Shown here: positions 9,559 through 19,700 of the stretch, in pieces
Layout of the letters: each line of letters opens with the position of its first letter
Numbering within the stretch: the first letter of the stretch is position 1
Source: an uncultured Candidatus Sumerlaeota bacterium
GTDB taxonomy: Bacteria; CAYMEV01
Assembly: GCA_964389675.1 (NCBI GenBank)
Contig: CAYMEV010000003.1
Span: 1 to 64,000, forward strand
DNA: 64,000 nucleotides
Direction: 5' to 3'
Notes under the pieces: generated by a model
Databases searched by the model: none
What the model saw: the letters and a program-made list of their open reading frames with translations, nothing else
Told to the model about the DNA's origin: nothing
Made by a program: the position numbers and the translations under genes

Positions 9559-10170
9559 TTATTTTATCACATTCTCAAAGAGCTCAGGCAATTCATCATC
9601 TGCAACATCGTTCATGAGATCGACGATGTCATCCCAGGCCCTGGCGGCAAATCTTTTGTGGTGTGCTGCAATAACAGTCTTACCGCTTTTTTTATCAATT
9701 ATTTTCATGTCAAAAACAAGGTACCCTGCGCCTGCGCCGAAACCGACAAAGTAACGCGCTGCACGAGATCCTCGCTCAAATTCAAGTATTCGTCCTTCCA
9801 GAATATAATCAGCAGGGTTATCAATCAATGTTATCCCATATTTTGAACTTATCTTGGGTGTAGTCTTTTCAATTATTATTTCCTTGAACCTCTTTCCTGC
9901 ATCTGCCCATCGGACATCATCCTGGTCATCCTCATCATCTTCATCTTCAGGTTCAGGGGCAAGCATCTCAAAATCCATTACCTGTATGGAACTATTGCGC
10001 AGGCTTATTTGCGGGTCGCTGTAGATATAATCAAGATCATTGCTCTCATTTAATGTAAGCTCCCCGAAATAATCGGACTGATAAATTTCAGGAGCGCTGC
10101 TGCATGATATGCAGAGCATAAATATAACCGGAATTACAAAAAACAAGAGGTTTCTGGAATAACTTTTCAT
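9559..10170 (-). CDS. Lipoprotein, DUF4410-like
   Basis: Signal peptide with lipobox-like ISC; GSRAARYFVGFGAG motif; GGAG RBS before ATG 10170. Confidence 0.75.
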   Translation of the reverse strand: MKSYSRNLLFFVIPVIFMLCISCSSAPEIYQSDYFGELTLNESNDLDYIYSDPQISLRNSSIQVMDFEMLAPEPEDEDDEDDQDDVRWADAGKRFKEIIIEKTTPKISSKYGITLIDNPADYILEGRILEFERGSRAARYFVGFGAGAGYLVFDMKIIDKKSGKTVIAAHHKRFAARAWDDIVDLMNDVADDELPELFENVIK

Positions 10171-10384
10171 AATATACTCCTTTTTTATGATATTTAATAA
10201 AATCATATAAATTTATTAATTATACTGTTTTATTGTAATGTCAATATTTTGGACATGAATATTTTAAAAATATGAAATTATAGCAGATTTATTATTAACC
10301 TTATAGCAAAGTGATTTTTTAATATTAAAGCATGGATTGTTTTAGAATTGAACAGATACTGCCTGGTTTATAAAAAAACCTGTA

Positions 10385-11650
10385 TTAAATGAGAGTTATC
10401 TTTTGGGGTTCTGGAGTCTTTATGCTCTCAGTCCAGATACGGTTTATATAATCCATCGCAAAATAATTCTGAAGCAGATGAACACGGTGGATACCCATTT
10501 TATTCAGAATAATGTTTTCATCAGTCTTTTTGGCATATCCAAGCAGTTTGAGAGCAATAACAATTTTTACAAAATCCCTGTTCAGTTTTCTATTAAATCT
10601 GTTTTCATACTCACCTGCAGGGACTGATGTCTCATATAGCCTCCAGTAAAGCCAGAAAAGCCTTTCAAGCCTGTCAGAAACATCCATTACTATTGAGTAA
10701 GGCAGTTTCCCTGATTCAAGCTGTTCCTGATAATGCTTTAAATTAAATGAGTTGAAAAGGAAATGCCTGCCGGTATATGTAGCTGACGAAGGTCCTATCC
10801 CCAGGTAATAATCCCTTGTAACGGAAGAATATCTTGGTTTTTGATTTTTGAGAAAAGCCCAGACTGATATCTGCTTATATCCGTTATTGGTGAATTTGTC
10901 GCATATATGAAAGTACATTTTTTTCCTCTGAGAAGGATCAGGAAGAATTACCCTTCGCAATTTTTTATGTTTTCCTGCTCTGCTATATGGGAACGTAAAC
11001 AAGGGATAAAGAGTGACCTGATCAGCCCCGGAATCCACTGCCCTTTCTAATGTTTCATCCAGTTCACTTATTGTCTGACCTGGAAATGCAAAGATCAGGT
11101 CGATATTTACAGTCAGGAAATTCCTTTTCTGTGCCTGCTCTATAGCATTATCTGCTGTAGATGCATCGTAGTTTCTTCCCAGCATTTTCAGGTATTTATC
11201 ATTGAAATCCTGTACTCCAATGCTTATAAGGTCGCATTTGATTTCTTCCAGTTCAGACAGGACCCTTTCGGTTATCTCCTCGGGATTTGTCTCTATTGCA
11301 GTGTGTTTAACTGCGCAAAGGGAGCGTAACAGCTCAGTATGTCTTATTAATGCCTTATTCATCAATGTAGGGGTTCCGCCGCCGATATACAATGATTCAA
11401 AATTCTTATTCTGCAGATTTTCAGCATGTAATTGAATCTCTTTTTCTATAGATCCTGCAATTAATAAGGCTCTGTCTTCACTGTATATTTCCTTGAAATA
11501 CGGGCAGTATGGGCAGGAATTCCTGCAGAAAGGTATATGGATATAAAGGCTGTTTACCCTTTCATAATTAATAGCCTGTCCGTTATACTTATAAAAAGTC
11601 AGGTCGTCATTAATTCCCAGAAGGCTTTTTAATATAAATTTTTTCAGCAT
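10385..11650 (-). CDS. HemN-like radical SAM protein
   Basis: LYIHIPFCRNSCPYC (CxxxCxxC), YIGGGTPT, ETNP, ISIGVQ, NIDLI. Confidence 0.9.
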   Translation of the reverse strand: MLKKFILKSLLGINDDLTFYKYNGQAINYERVNSLYIHIPFCRNSCPYCPYFKEIYSEDRALLIAGSIEKEIQLHAENLQNKNFESLYIGGGTPTLMNKALIRHTELLRSLCAVKHTAIETNPEEITERVLSELEEIKCDLISIGVQDFNDKYLKMLGRNYDASTADNAIEQAQKRNFLTVNIDLIFAFPGQTISELDETLERAVDSGADQVTLYPLFTFPYSRAGKHKKLRRVILPDPSQRKKMYFHICDKFTNNGYKQISVWAFLKNQKPRYSSVTRDYYLGIGPSSATYTGRHFLFNSFNLKHYQEQLESGKLPYSIVMDVSDRLERLFWLYWRLYETSVPAGEYENRFNRKLNRDFVKIVIALKLLGYAKKTDENIILNKMGIHRVHLLQNYFAMDYINRIWTESIKTPEPQKITLI

Positions 11651-11704
11651 AGAGCCTTTCTTAATATTTCAATTTTTTATTTGGTCAGATTTTAATCAAA
11701 TAGA

Positions 11705-12391
11705 CTAACGTGGAATATCAGTGTTTTTGATAGCCTTAAAGTACAGTAAAGCACCATTTATTTCCGGATAAGGCGCAAAAACGAAATGCTTGTTTTCTAA
11801 TAATTGCTTGAGATCCTTTTCAGAATATAGATTTCCATGAATGACCGAATTTTTTGGTTTTCTTTCGGGAACAGGAATACTGCAGATAAAAATCCCCTGA
11901 GGCTTAAGGATGCGGTATAATTCATCGATTGCTTTATTTATATCAGAGAAAAAATTTAATGAAAGGTTACATACAGCCATATCGTATTGATTGCCGGAAA
12001 AAGGAAGCTCTTCTGCATTGCATTCATAAAGCTCAAATTCATCAAAACCGCTTTTTATGAATCTTTTACAGGCTTTTTTTAACAGTCCTTTGCTGATATC
12101 TGTCCCTGTGTATTTATTATCATTTGGCAGTAGATCAGCTAAATTGCCACTCCCGGTGGCTAACTCAATAACAGTTCTGTTATGGGTGTTTTTCATTTCA
12201 TTTTGCAAAAAATTCAAATGCCTGCTGTAGGAGGCAGCAAATTTTTTTGGAAAGACGGACTTTTCCATGATTTTATCATATAAAAAGCTGAATAGATCTG
12301 CAAGCCACGGCTTATGCTTTATTCTTTTCCCATTTTTGTATATAAAATTTATGCCTTTATTCTTTACTATGGTAAATCCTTCTTTCAGCAT
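11705..12391 (-). CDS. Class I SAM-dependent methyltransferase
   Basis: IELATGSG motif I, DIS, AEELPF, RILKPQG. Confidence 0.88.
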   Translation of the reverse strand: MLKEGFTIVKNKGINFIYKNGKRIKHKPWLADLFSFLYDKIMEKSVFPKKFAASYSRHLNFLQNEMKNTHNRTVIELATGSGNLADLLPNDNKYTGTDISKGLLKKACKRFIKSGFDEFELYECNAEELPFSGNQYDMAVCNLSLNFFSDINKAIDELYRILKPQGIFICSIPVPERKPKNSVIHGNLYSEKDLKQLLENKHFVFAPYPEINGALLYFKAIKNTDIPR

Positions 12392-12446
12392 TAATATCCC
12401 CTTTTGTTATTGGTACAAGTAAAAGGAAATAATCCTCCTTTAGTCT

Positions 12447-13652
12447 TTAACCCGGCAGTATAAGGCTTTCAATGTCCCTCGGGTACCCTGTTAGAAATTC
12501 AGGCCCATTTTCAGTGATCAATATAGTGTCAGAATGCCTGAATCCCCCGACTCCCTCAGCATATATTCCAGGTTCGACTGTAAACAGCATACCAGGCTGC
12601 ATAATGGTATCATCTCCGATATCCAGGAAAGGGCCCTCATGGTAGCGGATGCCTATATTATGTCCGGAATGATGGCGCCAGCAGTAATTTAGATTATTGG
12701 ATTCAAAATATTCCCTTACTTTTCTGTCAACACTGCTGCATGGCTTGCCTGCCCGGCAGGCATCAATAGCAATGTTCTGGAGCTCAAGCATATGTGCAAA
12801 ATAGTTTCTCTGCAGTTTATCAGGCTCTCTTATAAACATTGTCCTCTCCAGTTCTGACCAGTATCCGAACATCGGGCAGGATGCTCCTGTGACCAGAGTA
12901 TCACCAGCCTTGAAAACCGCATTTATATTCAGGCTATGGGGAAGTGCGCTGTGAGTGCCGATCTGTCCGCGGTAACCGGCAGATGGACCGTTTGAGCCCA
13001 TTGACAGTGACTTATATTTATTTCCATATTCTCTGAAAAGGTCCTGCTGAGCATCATATGCTGCCCTCATCTGTACTTCTGTTTCAGTCAGGCCTATCTT
13101 TGTATATTCCTGCAGATACCTGTGCACGTGGGACGCCCATCTTGCTGATTCGCGAATCAGTTCTATTTCATGTTTGCTCTTTACCTGCATCATTTTTTCA
13201 ATTATATCATCCGCCGGCTGAAATACAAAGCCTGTAATATCGCTTATTTTAGGCCCGTTGTAGCCCATTACCTTTCCATAACCATCACCGTCGCCGAAAA
13301 ATACGCTTTTAATGCCTTTTTCTTTCATAATGCGTGAAAGATGTATCATTGGGTGCTCATGATCCGGGTATTCAGGATATGAATATACATCATCGACACT
13401 GGCATAAGCTTCTGCATGTTCAAGTTCCAGGCGAGGGACAAAAAGAAAGGTTCCTCCCTCTTTATCTATTATCAATGCTATTGGCCTTTCTGTCGGTACA
13501 AATGCAAAACCTGTCAGGTAGAATATACGGTGGCTTCCCCACCATAAAAATCCATCAGCTTCTGATGCATCCGGGTGGGCAAGTGTTCTTTCTATCCTCT
13601 TTTTGTACTCTTTATTAGAAATTCCTTCAGCCAGCTTTTTCTGTTGAGCCAT
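12447..13652 (-). CDS. M24 family Xaa-Pro peptidase/creatinase-like protein
   Basis: HSGHNIG, HEGP, TVEPGIY, GGFRHSDT; start at ATG 13652 with AAGGAG RBS. Confidence 0.9.
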   Translation of the reverse strand: MAQQKKLAEGISNKEYKKRIERTLAHPDASEADGFLWWGSHRIFYLTGFAFVPTERPIALIIDKEGGTFLFVPRLELEHAEAYASVDDVYSYPEYPDHEHPMIHLSRIMKEKGIKSVFFGDGDGYGKVMGYNGPKISDITGFVFQPADDIIEKMMQVKSKHEIELIRESARWASHVHRYLQEYTKIGLTETEVQMRAAYDAQQDLFREYGNKYKSLSMGSNGPSAGYRGQIGTHSALPHSLNINAVFKAGDTLVTGASCPMFGYWSELERTMFIREPDKLQRNYFAHMLELQNIAIDACRAGKPCSSVDRKVREYFESNNLNYCWRHHSGHNIGIRYHEGPFLDIGDDTIMQPGMLFTVEPGIYAEGVGGFRHSDTILITENGPEFLTGYPRDIESLILPG

Positions 13653-13746
13653 ATCTCTCTCCTTAAAAAGTATACCATATAATAAAACCCAAGCTGAAAA
13701 ATTCAAATAAAAACCAAAAAATAAAAGCAAAAGGGATATAATTAAA

Positions 13747-13794
13747 TTGACATTTTGCACAATGGTTCATATAATATTGAACAATGGTGCAAAA
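13747..13794 (+). promoter_or_regulatory. Consensus sigma70 promoter with two operator boxes flanking the -10
   Basis: TTGACA (13747-52), 17 nt, TATAAT (13770-75); boxes TGCACAATGGTTCA (13756-69) and TGAACAATGGTGCA (13778-91). Confidence 0.8.
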
Positions 13795-14278
13795 TAAAAA
13801 ATATAAAATGACAGGCCGTCCCAGAAAATACCGGCAGATCAAGCTTCCTCCGGTAAACCAGGTATACAGGCCATCAGGTACAAAGAACATCCCTGAAGGA
13901 GATGTTATTCTCACCCTGGGAGAGTATGAGGCAATACGCCTCGGGGATTATGAGCTTTATAATCATGAAGAGGGAGCAAGGTGCATGGGTGTCTCCAGGT
14001 CAACCTTTACACGGATAATAGAGTCTGCGCACAGGAAAATCGGAGCTGCATTTGTGGAAGGCAAAAGTATTATTATAAAAGGTGGCAATTATAATATCTC
14101 AAGAAATATTTTTGAATGCCAGGACTGCGGGTATCATTACTCAGGGGATGAACACCCGGAGATCTGTCCGGAATGCAAAAGCGAGCGGATAATCTGTCTT
14201 GGCAGCAATTATGGCATGTGTAACAGGAACAGGTGCCTGAAAGGAAGGAATTTAGCAGATAATGATATTAACAGGTGA
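13784..14278 (+). CDS. DUF134 family HTH protein with C-terminal zinc ribbon
   Basis: RPRKYR, EYEAIRLGD, MGVSRSTFTRI, IIIKGG, CQDC...CPEC; start may be 13808. Confidence 0.88.
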   Translation: MVQNKKYKMTGRPRKYRQIKLPPVNQVYRPSGTKNIPEGDVILTLGEYEAIRLGDYELYNHEEGARCMGVSRSTFTRIIESAHRKIGAAFVEGKSIIIKGGNYNISRNIFECQDCGYHYSGDEHPEICPECKSERIICLGSNYGMCNRNRCLKGRNLADNDINR

Positions 14279-15324
14279 AAACTATGGAAGATAAAAGAGG
14301 ATATTTAGTACTGATAGGAGGAGCAGAAGACAGAAAGGACAGGATGGTTATCCTAAGAAGGATACTTGAGCTGACCAGCAACAGGAATGTTGTTGTGGTA
14401 CCATCGGCGACATCATATACTGCAGATGCAATTAGTGACTACAGAGATGTTTTCTTTTCAATCGGTGCAAGTATGGTTGATGGAATTGATATCCAGAGTC
14501 GCTATGAAGCTGAAAGGGATGACTATTCACATTTGCTGGATGATGCCGGCCTGATATTCTTTACAGGCGGTGACCAGACAAGATTAGTAGATTCACTATG
14601 GCAAACCAAGACCATGGAAATTATAAGAAAAAGGTTCAAAGAGGGTGCTACAATTGCAGGTACCAGCGCAGGAGCTGCAGCCGCAAGCGATCCGATGATA
14701 TATGATGGTGATGATGAAGGGTTTTCTAAATCGGCAGTCAAGCATACAAGAGGCTTTGGCTTCCTGAAGGAAATTACAGTGGACACTCATTTCCTTCAGC
14801 GTGAAAGAATACCCAGATTGTCGCAGTTCCTGTCCAGCGGCTTATCTCAAAAAGGGATAGGCCTTAATGAGGATACAGCAATATTTATATCACCAGATAA
14901 TAAGTTTGAGGTTGTAGGAAGCGGCACTGTAACCGTAATGAATTCAGAAAACATGAAATACTCAAGTTATGATGATGTTAACAGAAATGAGCCTATCAGC
15001 GTTGATGGAGTAGAGATAGGTTTTCTTGCTGAAGGGAGTGTCTTTGATCTTGACAGATGGAAGATTGATAAGGAAATAAATGCAATTTTACCTAAATACG
15101 AGAAAAGCGAATACAGAGAGTATAGAGAAACAGAAGATGAAAAAAGAAGAAGAGAAACTGAGCATGACGCAGAAAGCAGAAGAGACAGGACAGGGGAAAA
15201 ACCAGCAGAATATGCACGGGAAAGTGATCGCAGCAGGTATTATAAAAAATATGACAGGTCTAAGAGCTATGAGAGGAGTTACGGCTCAGGAAGGGGAAAA
15301 AGAGCAGGAAGGGGGAGAAGATGA
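14275..15324 (+). CDS. cphB: Cyanophycinase (peptidase S51) with charged C-terminal extension
   Basis: LVLIGGAED, IFFTGGDQ, GTSAG (Ser), DTHF (His), NEDT (Glu). Confidence 0.85.
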   Translation: MKTMEDKRGYLVLIGGAEDRKDRMVILRRILELTSNRNVVVVPSATSYTADAISDYRDVFFSIGASMVDGIDIQSRYEAERDDYSHLLDDAGLIFFTGGDQTRLVDSLWQTKTMEIIRKRFKEGATIAGTSAGAAAASDPMIYDGDDEGFSKSAVKHTRGFGFLKEITVDTHFLQRERIPRLSQFLSSGLSQKGIGLNEDTAIFISPDNKFEVVGSGTVTVMNSENMKYSSYDDVNRNEPISVDGVEIGFLAEGSVFDLDRWKIDKEINAILPKYEKSEYREYRETEDEKRRRETEHDAESRRDRTGEKPAEYARESDRSRYYKKYDRSKSYERSYGSGRGKRAGRGRR

Positions 15325-15962
15325 TGAAAGCAACAATTATTTATGATAATACAAACCATCGGGAAGATCTGGAGCCTGATTGGGGATTCTCATGCCTTGT
15401 AGAGGCACATGAAAGAACCATCCTTTTTGATGCCGGGGGGAATGGAAGAATACTCCTGGAGAATATGAAGAAACTTGGGATTGAACCTTCTTCTGTTACA
15501 GATGTGTTTATATCCCATTCCCATTTTGACCATACCGGGGGGCTTTCTGCTTTTTTGGACATTAACAGCAGGATCAGATTGATTGCCCCTCCCTCGTTCA
15601 GGGGGGTTAAAAATGTAAAAGAAATAATATATGCTGATAAACCCGCACAGTTGTATAATAATATATTTACTACAGGCGAGCTTGATAATATTGAACAGGT
15701 CCTGATAGTGGATACATCTGAGGGGCTGGTCCTGATCACAGGCTGCTCCCATCCGGATATGAAAAACATTCTGGATGCCGCCATGCAATTCGGGAAAGTT
15801 CATGGAATTATAGGAGGCCTTCATGGATTCAGCAATTTTGAGTTAATAGATAATATTGGTTTTATTTGCCCTACTCACTGTACAAAATATATCATTGAGC
15901 TTGAAGAAAGATTTCAAAACAGGTATATCAAGGGCGGAGCAGGTCAGATCATAAAAATTTAG
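15321..15962 (+). CDS. MBL-fold metallo-hydrolase
   Basis: WGFSCLV, ISHSHFDHTGG, TGCSHP, GGLH, PTHCT. Confidence 0.9.
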   Translation: MMKATIIYDNTNHREDLEPDWGFSCLVEAHERTILFDAGGNGRILLENMKKLGIEPSSVTDVFISHSHFDHTGGLSAFLDINSRIRLIAPPSFRGVKNVKEIIYADKPAQLYNNIFTTGELDNIEQVLIVDTSEGLVLITGCSHPDMKNILDAAMQFGKVHGIIGGLHGFSNFELIDNIGFICPTHCTKYIIELEERFQNRYIKGGAGQIIKI

Positions 15963-15982
15963 GATAATAAAGGGGATAAAGT

Positions 15983-16597
15983 ATGCTGAAACATATTTCA
16001 CATGAACTTAAGGAACATGCTCCATTTACAGTATTTGGTGCTTTGACAGGTATTGCCATCATCCTTTTTTTTCAAAAAATACCATCAGAGATATCTTTTA
16101 ACATATTTTATATCCTTCATCCTGTTCATGTAGTATTGAGCGCACTGGTTACCGCATCAATGTACGAACTCTACAAATGCGGCAAATCCAGGCTGAGATG
16201 CAATATATGGGTCCTGCTTCTGATCGGTTATGTCGGGTCTGTAGGAATAGCAACGCTAAGCGATTCAATAATACCATACATTGCCGAGTGGCTTCTGGGA
16301 ATGCCTAATAGGGGAGTACATTTAGGATTTATTGAGAGATGGTGGCTAATTAATCCTCTGGCGATTCTCGGTGTTGCTTTTGCATACCTTAAGCCTGCCA
16401 CAAAATTTCCTCATGGTGGCCATGTCCTTCTAAGTACCTGGGCAAGCCTGTTCCATGTTATTATGGCTAAAGGCTTATCCAGCAGCTGGTATGAGTATCC
16501 CATCATTTTCATTTTTCTCTTTTTCGCAGTCTGGCTTCCATGCTGTCTAAGCGACATAGTTTTTCCGCTTTTGTTTGTTAAAAAAGAGGATGAGTAA
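15983..16597 (+). CDS. Hypothetical membrane protein with His/Cys residues
   Basis: Several hydrophobic helices; HPVHV, PHGGHV, PCCLSD. Confidence 0.75.
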   Translation: MLKHISHELKEHAPFTVFGALTGIAIILFFQKIPSEISFNIFYILHPVHVVLSALVTASMYELYKCGKSRLRCNIWVLLLIGYVGSVGIATLSDSIIPYIAEWLLGMPNRGVHLGFIERWWLINPLAILGVAFAYLKPATKFPHGGHVLLSTWASLFHVIMAKGLSSSWYEYPIIFIFLFFAVWLPCCLSDIVFPLLFVKKEDE

Positions 16598-16624
16598 ATT
16601 CAGGGGTATAGTTTCCATTCAGTA

Positions 16625-16648
16625 CAGCCAGAAAAAATTTTTTGGCTG
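16625..16648. terminator. Hairpin between convergent genes
   Basis: CAGCCAGAAA...TTTTTGGCTG inverted repeat. Confidence 0.45.
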
Positions 16649-16718
16649 GTAAAAATGCAAAACAAGGCTGAAGCTTAATCCTGGTTTTACTATTTGAATT
16701 CCTCAGGCTAAGAAAAAA

Positions 16719-19700
16719 CTAAAAGCTTCTGGCTAACGATTCTGCCTCTTCCAGCCAGGGAGCATCTGCTTTGCTTCCTAATACCATGGCATTTTCAATG
16801 AATTTTTTTGATTTTAAAGGCTTGTTCAATCTATGATATATTTTCCCAGCTAAAAGATAGGTTTTACCCAATTCCATGATATTATCCTTCATCTTTTCTT
16901 CTCTTATCCTGACAGTTAAATCAATATATTTGCCGGCTTTTTTGTAGTTGCCTGAAATAAAATTAACTTCAGCAAGCCCGAACAATGGCATGGCAGTGTC
17001 AGCATGCTGCGGTCCCAGTGAATCTGATAAGATTGCCAGGGCTTTCTTATAGCACTCTAAGGCTTCCTTATACCTCTTCATGCCGCTATATGCAAGCCCT
17101 AACCCATTGTAGCTTTTTCCGACTCTTTGATGGTTTTCTCCTAAAACCCTTGAATCTATTTCAAGAGATTCCTGAAAGCTCTTTCTTGCAGATTCATAGT
17201 CCTGTTTCTCCAGAAGCATGTTTCCAATATTGCTGCAGCTGATTGCTACATGGATATGCATATCCCCCAGGCTTTTTCTCTGAATATCAAGTGCTTTCTG
17301 GTGGTATCGGATCACCTTATCAAAATCCCGTTTATAGTAATATGCAACACCGATATTATTGTAATAGCTTGCTACTTGCGGATGATTCTCGCCGTATGCT
17401 TCTTCAGCCAGCTGCAGTGATTTGTTCAGAAATTCCAGTACTTTGTCATAATTTCTTTTTCGGAAATATACACCCCCTATATTATTATATATATTTGGGA
17501 TCATAGGGTCATATTTCCCCAGGTTTTCAGATATTATTTTCAAAGCTCTGTTATAATGCTTTAATGCCAGGTCAAAATTGCCTGCAAAATAAAAGGTGGA
17601 TCCAAGGCTTGCAAAGCTTTTAGCCAGAAGCTTTTTATCCATAGATTCAAGCTTTTCAGCAAGAAGAACTGAATCCTGGATAAGAGACAACGCTTCCTTT
17701 AGTTTTCCAGTTGAAGCCAGGCATGCCCATTTGGCCAGATTATACTTTATCAGCAGTTCCCCCTTCAGCAGATTCTTTGTATTTGCTTCTATATCATTCA
17801 GGATAGCCATGCTGTCATTAAACCTGGACAGGGAAGTTTTTACATGACAGTAATCCAGAGAGACCTCTATTCCGCTGGAATTCTTGTACCTTTCAGCCTT
17901 TTTGTTATTGAACCATTCAGAATAAAGCCTTTCTGCCTTTGCATAACTGCCGGCTTTATGCTCTTTATCTGCAAGTTTTACGAGGTACCGGAAATATTTT
18001 TCATAATTATTCGACAGTTTGAAATGGTATACCAGTATATCCAGGTAATCGGATGGATTTTCACTGTAAATACTTTCAAAAGTATTACCTATTAATTCAT
18101 GGTATTGCTTTCTTTCAGATAATAAAAGCGATTCATAGACTACATCCCTGACCATCTTATGCTTGAATAAGAACTCATCGCAATTCTCAGATGAAGAGCT
18201 TATAGAAGCATTCTTTTTGATTATATCATTCTGCTGGATCCTGTGCATTACGGTCTCCAGTCTGAGATCATTATCAACTACCTGTTTCAGGACACGGCTT
18301 GAAAACTCTGTCCCGATAACCGAAGCCAGTTGAATTATCTTCTTTAACCTTGGTTCAAGTTTATCTATCCTTGCAAATATCAGCTCTTGCAGTTTAGCAG
18401 GTATCCGGCCGGTGAACCCTTCTTTTTTCAGGACAGCTGTCCCGTTTCCGCGGACTTTTATCATGTCGGAGCTTAGTAATGAGGCTGTCAGTTCCTCTAT
18501 GTAAAACGGGTTTCCTTCACTGCGTTTCAGGATAAATCCGGTTAAAGACTCATCTGCTGATTTACAGCTTAAAATATTGCATATCAGCCTGGAAGCTTCA
18601 GTTTTGCTGAACAATTCTAATTTGATATCATTAGAGTAATCAGGCACAGGTAAAATGCAGTAATCTCCCTTATCTGACAAGCCAGGGCGCCATAATAATA
18701 TAAGCAATACCCTGCTTTTGCCAATTTCTCTGCAAAAGGTATTTATAAAATCCATTGTAGCCTGGTCAGCCCAGTGAAGATCATCAATTATCAGCACAAG
18801 GTCTCTCTTCATGCTGATTTCCTTGAACAGCAGGCTCAGGTATCTGTTAAATATTGAATGCCTGTCGCTATATTTGATATTTTCTATTAAAACCCTTTCG
18901 GCTTCGCTTACTTTTAAAGAAAACAGATACTTTAGATAAGGGCAGATTCTTTTTAATTCATTTCCGGGTATGTCTGATAGATAATTATCCAGTTTTGTAT
19001 TTATAATGGAATCTGAGCTGCCATCCTGTATACTGAGTATTCCTCTCAGGATCTCTTTTATCGGGAAATACGCAACACCTCTTAAATATTCAATGCACCA
19101 GCCTTTATATATTTTAGCCTTACCCCTGATCCTTTTTTCAAATTCAAATACCATCTTGGATTTACCTATCCCTGCTTCTCCAATAATATTAATGATATTG
19201 CCTTTTCCGGCCGAGGCTTTCTTGTATGCAGCGCTTAGCCTGTCGAGTTCACTTTCCCTGCCGATAATCGGATGTTCGAAAATATTTCGGTGAGAATATG
19301 CAGATATTGTGCTTATCGGTATATATACTGTTACTGGTTCCTTTTTGCCTTTGACTTTAATCTGAGATGCTTCAGAATATTTTATTTCTTTCTTTGTCAG
19401 TTCAAAAAGCTTCTGAGATGCAAGTATTTCTCCTGGGCCTGCAGAGGACATAATTCTTTGCGCAAGGTTCACTGTATCCCCGATTACCGTATAGTCCATC
19501 TTTTGATTTGAGCCCAGTCTTCCAGCGACCACATTACCGAAATTAATACCGATTGACAGTTTTATTCCATCAAATTCCTTTATTACCTCCTGAAGTTCCA
19601 GAGAACATAATGCTGCACGCAGGGGATCATTCTCATGAGCAAGCGGGGCACCAAAAAGAACCATAATGCAATCCCCCATAAACTTATCGATATAGCCTTC

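Noticed and set aside
15080-15346. 88-aa overlapping ORF in the cphB tail
   Set aside because: The purine-rich low-complexity sequence lacks stops by composition; no independent support.
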